A stretch of DNA of 63,708 nucleotides from Octopus bimaculoides (taxonomy: Eukaryota), in NCBI RefSeq assembly GCF_001194135.2, contig NC_068991.1, positions 79,113,509 to 79,177,216 of the forward strand, in the 5' to 3' direction. Positions 53,720-63,708 of the stretch are shown here, one piece after another. The notes under the pieces are model-generated. The model saw only the letters and a program-made list of their open reading frames with translations, did not search any database and was not told the origin of the DNA. The translations under genes were made by a program, and so were the position numbers. Each line of letters opens with the position of its first letter. Within the stretch, counting starts at the first letter, position 1.

Positions 53720-54270
53720 GAAGCAGGACCAAACAATTCCACTTCAATCTTTCCAGCCAACGCTAAATGTTCTGGGTCCTCAGTTGCTTGGCCCTTATGC
53801 CGTGAAGCAGTTTCCTATTCATGCCTTCTTGATTAGACACAATGTCTGTCCATACTATTCTCAATATGCTCCTTCAGGACCACAATTCACAGCTCTCAAA
53901 GCCCCTTTTCCTTTCTCATGTTACAGACCAAACTTCTCTTCAATACATTAGCATAGGACAGGCAGAAGAGTTCAGTTGATGGAGTGTAGTCTTCAGCTTC
54001 AGAGTGTGGTGATGTTCAGAGTAAGACGTTGTACAATTTTGAGAATGCAGATTTTGCCAGTGCTATGTGTCTTTCGTCTCCTTCACACATTTGTTATTTT
54101 TCTGTGAACAAACTTCCAATGGAGTTGAAGGAGGATATCTGCTTAATGATTGGATTGTTCACTTTCAGCATACAATTTGTGCTTCCTTTCTTTGTCACCA
54201 CCATTCACTGTTTTCTTGCAATTAACAACAGACCTCATAGCATTGATACACAGAACCGGACTCGTTTGTG
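53720..54270 (-). mobile_element. RTE-clade LINE, RT C-terminal remnant
   Basis: Minus strand across frameshifts: VVNCKKT, IKQISSF, HIALAKSAFSKLYNVL, ILRIVWTDIVSNQE, LAGKIE. Confidence 0.75.
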
Positions 54271-54344
54271 TATGGGTTGCATGACTAAGGAACGCAATAA
54301 CTATCGGTTAGTCGCAAATATTTACTAATTTTCTATATTTCAAT

Positions 54345-54575
54345 ATGGCTACGAACTGACGGAACAGTTAGAATGTTAATTGGAATGCTGTGCGGTATTT
54401 TTCCTGACACACTGATTTGTGTGTTCAAATCCCGCCGAGGTTGACTTTGCCTTTGATCCTTTCATAATACCAGGGCCGGAAGATGGATTGGTGGAATTGT
54501 TAGAGTGTTGTGGGAGTTAACCTGTGTAGTCTGTTTCGGCTCTGCACATTAGAAGTTCAAATCTCGACCGACAGC
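54345..54575 (+). mobile_element. Two tandem SINE family B heads
   Basis: GTTCAAATCCCGCCGAGGTTGACTTTGCCTTTGATCCTTTC, then a second GGAATTGTTAGAG...AGAAGTTCAAATCTCG. Confidence 0.7.
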
Positions 54576-56389
54576 CGAAACATTACGACAGAGATGTAAG
54601 CAGTATCACGAATTTGAAAATCTAAGTTCAGGATTGAAAGCCCCCTTCACATTTATAATTACCACCTTTTTCTTCTATTGATTTTCATCGGAGTACTTAA
54701 TCAAATTATATCAATTGTGAGTTTAGTTTAGAAACAACGGCAAAACACTCCGTTTCATCATTCTTTATTTCATTCACGTTTTTCTGAAATTTATTTACCA
54801 CTAATATTTCCATTTGCTGGACAAATTTAAAATAAGTAGAACAAATTATTCATTGTATGAAACCTATTTTTTTTCAACTCCATGTCCAGTATTAGAATGT
54901 GTAAATTCCAGGATGAACATTGACAAGAGACCGCTTTAGCTTTATATATTAACCAAAACAACATAAGTGACAAAAATGTAAACATCACCAAGGAATGGCT
55001 CAGGTAAGAAAACTGCATTTACCATTTACAGAAGTGCCAAACACTTCATTAAAGAATAATATGCAAGAAAAATTATTCATAATGTGGTTTATCTATACAG
55101 AATTTGAGAACGTGATCTGTTCCGTAACTATCTTCAACAATAAAACTTTCTAAGACCGCTGCCCCCCAAATAAAAGATCTTTGTAATATATAAAAACGTT
55201 ATCAGCATGCACAACTCCGTCTAATGTTCATGTTGCTTTATTGTTAGATGAGGAAATAATTAGATGAGCGACACATTGGAGGCCCAAAGGGACATGTTTA
55301 TATACCGAATCAGTGTCTGAATGTATTTTGCTTTAATAATTGTCATAGCCACTAACAACTGTAAAGAAATGATATTCATATGTATTATTCCATTTCAAGA
55401 TAAACCAGAACGTGTAACTTTGCTAAAACAATAATTACAGCTTTCTAGATTCACACTCTACTCTCTTAATAGACGGATTGGTTGATGTTATCGTGTTGCT
55501 GTTGAGTCATCTCGTGTGAGCGAAATAGTGCAAGCTTTCATGGAGAGGCTTTCTTCATAAACGTGGCACAATCAGAGAGATGATCTGATGCCATCGAATA
55601 ACCATTATATGAGCTAGCTTAATTGTACTATTGATTTTTGAGTGATTGGTTCAGTGATATTCAACGTTGCGTCGTATATAACATACGAGATATATAATAT
55701 ATGACATGTATAATATGTGGCAAATACTAATACATCGCAGCATGTAGAAAAATATCTAAATTCGTTTTTGTTTTTCTTGTAGCGTCGACTAATAAAAATT
55801 AATGATAGATTTTAGCTACAGTAGCTTTTAGAGACGGTACAATGGTGACTAAAAAAAAATACAATTCATCAAACAATGTGAGCCAAATGTTTATTCGTCT
55901 TTCTATGTTACAGAGACGAAATCAGGCGCTTGGAGCACTATCAAATTATCTCTGGAAAGTAATAAGCAAAATCAGTTGGCAAGGAGTTGTTATATACACA
56001 AGTAAGTGATTATCACTTTACAACAGTATGTAATTCTTTAAAATGTAGCTAAGTTAGACTTAAGCATAAGAGACTATGACAGATACGGTGCAGACCTTCA
56101 AACGAAAATAGAGAAAAGTATTCCAAACTCCTTTATTTGGTATATGTGAAAATATGAAAGAGATCCTTAGAATTCACCTTGTGTAAGTCTACAGTTGTCT
56201 CTAGTAATAGTAAAACTGTCAGGTGAGTTCATTTCTGAAATCAACCTGAACATTGGTAATTTGTTTTGTTTTTTTTTTGTTTTTTTTACTGTAGGGTAAT
56301 GAGTGATGATTACAGCAGCTCTAAGTCGCAAAACGGTCTCTACGATTTTTAAACTGATTATCGCCAATGACGCAAGGATAATATATTCA

Positions 56390-56460
56390 GTTACGTACCA
56401 GTTACGTACAAGGGGGTCGGTCTAATCGACAGCCTCCCCCCGCCTTGAGTAGAAAAGAAT
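56390..56460 (+). mobile_element. SINE family B 3' fragment
   Basis: GTACCAGTT...GGGGTCGGTCTAATCGACAGCC...GAGTAGAAAAGAAT. Confidence 0.65.
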
Positions 56461-57615
56461 ATATTTAGATACGAGAAACACTGGAATTTTGATGCTGAAA
56501 TATCCTATTTGCTAATCGGTGGGTTAATAAAAGAAACCACAGGAATTTACTTGCCTTCTTAATGATGGTTATCTATTTAAAGGTGAATGGATGGGGTATG
56601 TTGTCATAATCGGAGTCTGTATGACCTTTACAGACCTGGAAACACATTTGTTGGCGATATATTTCTGCTGTCTGTACACCTTTCATAACGGGGCTCTTTA
56701 ATTTTGTCTTCTCTTGGATCTGTTTCATATTTCATGTCGGAACATTTCTTGTCTAACAGTTCTTTCTGTGAAAGGATGGAAGAGAAATGAAAAATCAGTT
56801 ATTTTTACAATGAGACACAAATAACTTATGGTCTTATATACATACACATGCATACAAATACATCACACATACATGCGTTTATACTTACACACACGTGTGT
56901 GTATATACACACGCGCACACACGTGTGTGTGTATATACAAACATATTTGAGAGAGAGAGAAAGAGAGAGAGATAGAGAGAAAGAGAGAGAGATAGAGAGA
57001 GTATAGATGTTTGTTTTATTTTGTCAGTCTAAATATAAAAATAATTTGATATTCAAAATAGGACTGCACACTGCACTTTTAGAGTGCGTAGTAATGAAGT
57101 TTTATAAGGAAAAGTTCGACAGCAACTTCGAAGTTTCAGCATTCATCATACTCTTTCCCGGAGGTGAGCAAGCCGACACTTCAAAGTCACTGTCAATATT
57201 TTCCTTGAAAAAAAAGAACAAATATATATATATATACGTGTGTCTGTGTATGTGTGTCTGAGCATGCGTGTATGTGTGTGTGACTGAGTGCGCATGTGTA
57301 GGTATCTGTATGCGTGCGCGCGCAAGGGAGTATATGTATATTTATGTACACGATCAAATATCTCATTATTGAAATAACGATGTTGGTGACATTTTAACAA
57401 ATGTTTCTGCTGTTTTACATGCAACTGGAGAAGGTACCGTTATTCCAGTAATTTTAAGTTTTAAACTTTTCCATAAAAAATAATTTCCGCAATATTTGAA
57501 TTTAATGTCAAAACTTCTCCCTGGTGTTGCAGATATTTCTCAACAGAAACAAATAGGGCTTCGTAAAACCAATATGGTTTAAGGCATGCTAAGAGACAAA
57601 CTATTTAAGAAAATT

Positions 57616-57681
57616 AGGTGTGGCTGTGTGATAAGAAGCTTGCTTCTCAACCACATGGTCCCGGGTTCAGTCCCATTGCGT
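57616..57681 (+). mobile_element. SINE family A head, truncated just after the B-box
   Basis: AGGTGTGGCTGTGTGATAAGAAGCTTGCTTCTCAACCACATGGTCCCGGGTTCAGTCCCATTGCG. Confidence 0.85.
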
Positions 57682-58260
57682 TTTATTCCTTCGATGACAC
57701 GAAGCTAAAACAATAAGAGAAAAACCTCTTGGCAAAGATTGACCTGGAACTCTACTGTGCATGCGCACTAAGTTTAAAAATTCTAGCTCACTTCCGCTAT
57801 TTACAGCTTTGCTTGGAAGGAAGATATGTAGCGTGTGATCGTCCCATTGACCATAACGGAGACAGTTTTCAGGGAGATACCTGATAAGAGGCCTGCGCAA
57901 AGTTGTTGAAAGTGTATGGAGAGGAGTGTATGAGCCGCACACAAGCATACGAATGGTTCTGACGTCTCCAAGATGGTCGAAAAAATGTCGGTATTGACGA
58001 GCGTTCTGGAAGAACGCTACCACCAGCATAACTGAGAAAGATATCGCAGGTGAGTGTGCCTCTGCGAGGGAAAAATCACCGAATCACCATTTGTGAGTTC
58101 TCAGAGGATGTGTAGATTAGTTCAGTTCCGTTCAGTTCAGGCTCACTGATTTGGGTATGAGACTCGTGTCTGCCAAGTTTGTGCCAAAATTGCTTTCAGC
58201 TGGGTTTTCAGTTGCACGAAATCTCTTTGTAAACGATGAAAACATTTTGAAAAATGTGCA
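57682..58260 (+). mobile_element. Mariner transposase N-terminal (HTH) remnant
   Basis: KVYGEECMSRTQAYEWF*RLQDGRKNVGIDERSGR, NHRITICEFSEDV, LGMRLVSAKFVPKLLS (WVPHEL-equivalent motif). Confidence 0.85.
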
Positions 58261-58642
58261 TGGGCCTCTCAGCAGATATCTCCTGTGTCCTTATATTTGG
58301 AAGGGGGAGACAAGCACCCCAACCCAGCTCAGTGTGCATTCAGAGGCATGTTTCTGAGTCATTGCTCGTCATCAGCCTGAAGTAGCAACACTAGCTGGCT
58401 GAAAATGTATGTCAAACCCTCGCAAACAGGAAATGTGTGAAGGCCGACAAGAAGCGGTCCAGCTTCCTAGGGCTAAATAGCGGCAGTATGATTCCCTTAT
58501 TGGGACTGTCACATTGAGCTGACAGTATACAACTGCTTTATCGTAACACTGCTGCTTCATTCTCTCTGTGAGATTTATAATTAGATCATTTCTAATTTTT
58601 TCTTATCTTAATGCAAATTATTAATGTAATAGGTGAATGGTT

Positions 58643-58735
58643 GGCGGAGAGCTGACAGAATCATTAGTACAGCGGACGAAATGCTTAGCGGCATTTCTTC
58701 CGCCTTTACGTCCTGAGTTCAAATACTACCGGTGG
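58643..58735 (+). mobile_element. SINE family B head
   Basis: GGCGGAGAGCTGACAGAATCATTAG...GAAATGCTTAGCGGCATTTC...CTGAGTTCAAAT. Confidence 0.8.
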
Positions 58736-59953
58736 TTAAGAATAAATTCTAGAAATTCTTATTCCAGCACAATATAATGTACATCATATTTAATTCAGTT
58801 ATTTGATTTTCCACATTATTTCTCGTTCAAAACTCGTCAAGTGTAAATATTATTAGAAGTTTATGGTAAGGAGATGTGGCGGTTTCACTTCAGTCACATT
58901 GGCGTATATGATGCTTTCTAATAATGTAATGACAGGAATCAGTAATATCGCTTAAGAAATACCTACATTACTTAAGACAGAAGTGGTCTTTAAATTCAAT
59001 AAAACTAATGATATAATTACTAATGCCATATAAGCTCTTACACAAATGAGTTACAATGATTCTTCATATAGGCACAATTTTATATATTTGGCACAATGCT
59101 TTATTGTTTGGGCTGATGGTAAATAAGATTAAAACTGGCCAAAGTATGTGGTTGCAAATTGTTTTCTTGACTGTAGTAGCTGGTACATGTAATAAGAAAC
59201 TGAGCTTTTTGTTTTATACTCCAGAATGTAAATTTTGCTGAAAATCGTATGGCAGTTTTCAGTGACTTTGGAGAATCTACTAACCTACAATTCATCGATC
59301 ACGGATCAGCTATGCTGTAAGCTATCCTTGTAAACAACGGGATGACATGAAAATAATTTCGCGACAAAAGTATTAGGGCAACTATGAGGTATATCGTTAT
59401 AAAGTGGGCGATGATACACAATTCCTGTGAATTGATAACGAATTTTTAAATGAATATACTTCTTCAAATTGTATTAGATTGAATACAGACGCTCTTAATA
59501 TAAACATGCTACAGTTCTTTATCGGGATATTGGAAAACGCTGCATTCTGCAACATATCCAGAATTACAATACCTAAAAAGTAAAACCGACGTGATTGAAG
59601 AACAAAGCAAAACGTGGAAACCATTATTTGTAATAGAGCAGCTGACAAGGTTGTGCTGGGACGATTTCAGTGAAGAAATTGTTGTGATTTCGGGTTGTCC
59701 TATTGTTTAATATAAGACGAGGACTAGGTATTTCGTTTCTGTTGCTGTTTTATTCTCTATTACTTTCTATTATGGTGTTTGTATTTAATTGGCCCTCGAA
59801 AAAATGTTTTAATTGCTTAATCGAAAAAGAACGCCAGGAAATTAATGGCTTTATAATTATTGGTTTATACATTAGCTTCGGAATGCAGTGTGGCAGGTTT
59901 GTGGCATTTATACACACACGCGCGCATGTACGCACATGTGTATGTAATACTTG

Positions 59954-59997
<44 letters not shown>

Positions 59998-60004
59998 CGG
60001 AGGC

Positions 60005-60172
60005 AGTATTTCGTTTATCTTTACGTTCTGAGTTCAAATGCCGCCGAAGTCGACTTTGCCTTTTATCCTTTCGGGTTCGATAAATTAAGTACCAGTTGCG
60101 TACTAGGGCCGATCTAATCGAATGGACCCCTGTACGAAATATTTCAGGCCTTGTGCCTAGAGTAGAAAAGAA
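60005..60172 (+). mobile_element. SINE family B, 5'-truncated, next to (TA)n
   Basis: GTATTTCGTTTATCTTTACGTTCTGAGTTCAAATGCCGCCGAAGTCGACTTTGCC...GGCCTTGTGCCTAGAGTAGAAAAGA. Confidence 0.9.
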
Positions 60173-60511
60173 TATATATGAAACGGAGTTTTCGGATTCT
60201 CCAAGTATGGACATCGTTGATGAGTAAACATATACGCGTGTATATGCATGTATATGCGTATGTGTGTATGTCTGTTTATGTATATATATATATATGTACA
60301 TGAGTATGTTGAAAATCTATGATAAACAGCGGGAAGTTCATGTTAACATATCGCTTTTTAAAGTGTGCTCTAAGTATAACGTGGTTAAAATAACCACCAT
60401 GTATTGTGAATATCTATGTACAGATGTCACTGTATGTATCACGTATCTGCCTTCCAGCCAAAACCAATACACACATGCACACACATTTATATACATATAT
60501 ATATATATTCA

Positions 60512-60558
<47 letters not shown>

Positions 60559-61358
60559 GTACACATATATTATATATGCATATATACATACAGACACATT
60601 AGTTATAAAAGTTTCGTGTTTTCAAAATATACATATCTATTTTTGGAGAACTTCATGTACGTTTCTCTGCATACATACACAGATGCTAAATTACACACAG
60701 ACACACACACAGAGTAACACACACACATGGGCAGACATACATCTTTTTGATTTTATCTCTTTTAAAGATTAACAGAATATTTTCCCGCAGCTATATGTAT
60801 ATTTTTTTTATTGATTTTACTTATTTCTAGGTCTTTCCGTATCTGTCTTTGCAGGAATCAAGCCTATCTTCTTTTGGGGGGTGGCAGAGAGTGGAGAATG
60901 AAGACGGGGTATTTTCTAATTAACAAAGCGCAAAAATAAAACACTTTCAAAATTTAGAATTAACTTATCTATTTTTCAGCATGCCATTGTAAATATTAAT
61001 GCTGCTATTGCACTGCTTGTGGGAGACTTTCATCGATTTTTACCTGGTTATATTTTAACATTCATCACTAGCAAAATATTCTTGCAAAACTAGGAAAATG
61101 TATTGTATGAAATGAGTAAAACTGAAAGAAAAAAAAAAGTTATTTTACCCCAAGTCAGAAAATATGCTATTATAGATATGATCAATATTTTCAATAATTT
61201 GATTCTAAGCTCTCTCTCTCTCTACACACACACACATACTTAAAACATATATATGCACACCTATACACCTATATCTGTGAGTATACTCGTCTATGTCTGC
61301 GTGTGTATGCACACATTGCCTTAAGACCGAGTTATTTAGTTTCCACTTATATAACAAC

Positions 61359-61361
<3 letters not shown>

Positions 61362-61437
<76 letters not shown>
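61362..61437. repeat. Long perfect (TA)n microsatellite, representative of many in the window
   Basis: Seen directly. Similar tracts lie near 16030-16112, 32003-32045, 32243-32293 and 42407-42449, with (CA)/(TG) tracts near 8530-8585, 18657-18722 and 19673-19732. Confidence 0.95.
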
Positions 61438-61440
<3 letters not shown>

Positions 61441-61644
61441 GTGTGTGCTAAATACATTAGTTTTGACGAGTTGGATGGAATGTACACAATATATGGTTTA
61501 GTTTCTCAAAGAATAATTTAATCTTTCCCACAATCATTTTCAGATGTTACTTTGTTTCCCGCGGAGGCGATCTATCAAATGGACATCACCTGGATATGGA
61601 AGAAAAATATATGCTTTCCGCTTAAATAGCGCCGGGGCCTCACT

Positions 61645-62397
61645 ACCATAGTTAAACAGGGACGCAACCAAGCACTAACCCATTTTCTAATCGACTTGAT
61701 GTTGGAAGTCCATGTTGAACATACGATGTAGTCTATTTGGGTTAGATTTCTTTGTAAATCCTGTCTTTTATTCGTTCGTTTGTTCTTTCATTCTTTCAAA
61801 TTTAGCTTTGTAAGAGTGGAGGCTCCTGAATCATTTGAAAGCTCGCTGAAATGGGTCCATTGATGTCCCTGTTTAAAGCGTTGCACTATATTTTTGATGG
61901 TAGTGGCGTTGATATTCTGGAGTTTATGAAATGGGTCTATTAGCAGGGCTTGGATGGTTGGACACAACGTGAGTAATGGAAAGAGGTCAGACAAGTGAGT
62001 GAGAGGTGGCTGAATGGAAGTGGTACGAGAAGAGTAGAGGCCACCTCAGTATCGATAAAATAAGCCTGGTGTATGAGGCGGCATATATTCGGACCACAGA
62101 ATGGATAACGTTTTTGAACGTCAATGGACCCATTTCAGCGAGCTTCCATATGATACAGAAGCCTCCACTCTTACAACGCTAAATTTGAAAGAATGAAAGA
62201 AAGAAATAAGGATAAAAGAGAGGATTTACAAAGAAATCTAATCCAAATAGACTACATCATACGTTCAACGTTGACTTCCAATATGAAGTCGATTAGAAAA
62301 TAGGTTAGTTTTTGGTTACGTCCCTGTTTAAAGTGTTGATTGTTGATGGTGGCGGTGCTGATATTCTGGAATTTATGAAATAGGTCTATTAGAAGGG
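61645..62397. repeat. Unclassified repeat pair with ~210-bp inverted and ~80-bp direct components
   Basis: 61652-61863 is the reverse complement of 62121-62331; 61865-61947 is directly repeated at 62320-62397. Confidence 0.9.
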
Positions 62398-63708
62398 AAT
62401 GTATCAGAGGTGGTGGCCTCTGTTCGAAGTGACAAGTTCTATTTTTGTGAATGGCATGTTTGTGCGTAGAAGAGGATAATTTGGGAAGGGACTAAACTCG
62501 AGTATATAATGTGTACCGTACGGAGTTGAATCGGATGAAAAGCGGACAGATTATATAATGGATGCCTCTGCGTGTGTAATGTTCACACAAACCCTCACTA
62601 CCGAGAAATAAAGGAAAAATTTAGTGTAAGAAATTTGGAAATGGAACCAATGAGATCGATTACAATTAGGGAACAGGGAGAGTTCGACGACAATGCATTA
62701 GACAAAGGTATGCTTCTCAGTTCGGATGGCGTTCGTGTAAGAGTTGTTAAAAGAACTCAATTCGGTGATTTAGGGTAAAGTGTTAATGTTTTGTATAGAA
62801 TGTACAAAATGCACCAAAAATCATGATATGAGAGCGGTTGAGTTCGAAAGGTAGAAAGAGATCATGAACGCCACCTAGTACACACATTACATTTGTTTTT
62901 TTTTTTTTAGAGAAACGACTGTCCCTAGTTTCTCGTGACTGTCCATAATCTCGTATATCATGATGTCCCAGGTATAGGTTGTAAATTCAGAGAGTCCAGT
63001 GGCTAACATTCACTGCAGAGGAATATGCTTGGTAGCTTGAGTAAGAAGCATAAGTTTCTCAGTTCCGCAGAGCTCGCAGTAAATGGTGAAAGGACTACAT
63101 GACTCTGCTTTACGAGGTTACTCCATTGCATCTCCTCAGTCTTAAAATCCACAAAGATTTGGAAAGAATTTTTTGCTTTGAGATCTTTGACCACGATGTA
63201 AATATCGAGCTCTTAACGAATTCTTAACGGGTTAAATGTTCTAAAATTTTTAGGTTAGCGTCTAACGATACTGAATATTCTTTAGAATAAAAGAAATAAT
63301 TCAGAACATTGATATGTCCTTTACAGGAAGCCTTTCCTGTGCAGGGGGTTCTGAGTTTTGTTTCTAACATTACTTTAGGGATAGGTTGAGTGCTTCGAGA
63401 CTTGCAGTCTTTGAACTGCTTATGCGCATATTTCCCTATTGAAATGACGATTGAAAATAATACCTCTCTCTCTGTGTAATATATGTATGTTTCTGTCAAC
63501 ATAAATATACATATACCAAACAAATGAATAAATAATGGTAAAAAATGCGAACAAAAAAGAAAACATCTATTCATATCTTTCGGCGTTTGAAAGTTATTTT
63601 TTAAGATATACATTCTGTCGTTCACCCCTTTCTTTTATTCCCATCTCTCTCTTTACGGATATATATCAAATATCATTGAAAGTGTATGTGTATGTACATA
63701 TATATATA

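Noticed and set aside
14690-58260. The two mariner halves as one split element
   Set aside because: The C-terminal half lies 43 kb upstream of the N-terminal half with no shared ends; independent remnants are simpler.
3886-61521. Many ORFs rich in YI/CV/HT dipeptides or X (for example 3886-4281, 12253-12696, 45823-46716, 59750-60301)
   Set aside because: They are stop-free read-through of (TA)n, (TG)n, (CA)n and N gaps, not genes.
61545-61650. Acceptor-preceded short frames as a terminal exon; also exon-like bits at 62570-62707, 63327-63384 and 35421-35500
   Set aside because: Each has only one good splice signal or a short frame, within chance expectation, and they give no coherent gene model.
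1-63708. CRISPR arrays, rRNA, intact tRNA genes, operon-like or defence systems
   Set aside because: No regularly spaced repeat-spacer array, rRNA motif, complete cloverleaf or long ORF cluster is present.

Overview
AT-rich, microsatellite-dense eukaryotic non-coding DNA with seven N gaps, all flanked by (TA)n/(CA)n tracts. The two dominant tRNA-derived SINE families and the repeat style suggest an octopus (coleoid cephalopod) genome; that is inference, not a search result. No complete gene, rRNA, intact tRNA or CRISPR array is present, and nearly all ORFs in the track are microsatellite read-through. The window is mostly decayed transposons: two RTE LINEs, two R4/Dong-like RLE LINEs, a HERO-like fragment, three Penelope-like (PLE) coding remnants, two mariner halves and about 20 SINE copies. 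Family A has a CORE-like block and an internal microsatellite; family B carries a TTCAAATTCCGCCGAGGTCGAC motif. The most interesting unexplained structures are a 346-bp near-perfect hairpin (42456-42801), a ~1-kb foldback element (18553-19569), a minimal type I hammerhead-like motif with an atypical core (31875-31911), an inverted-plus-direct repeat pair (61645-62397) and a GC-richer, splice-flanked 237-nt open frame that may be a host exon (22205-22441, minus). Protein family calls come from motifs recognised by eye, and boundaries of decayed elements are approximate.
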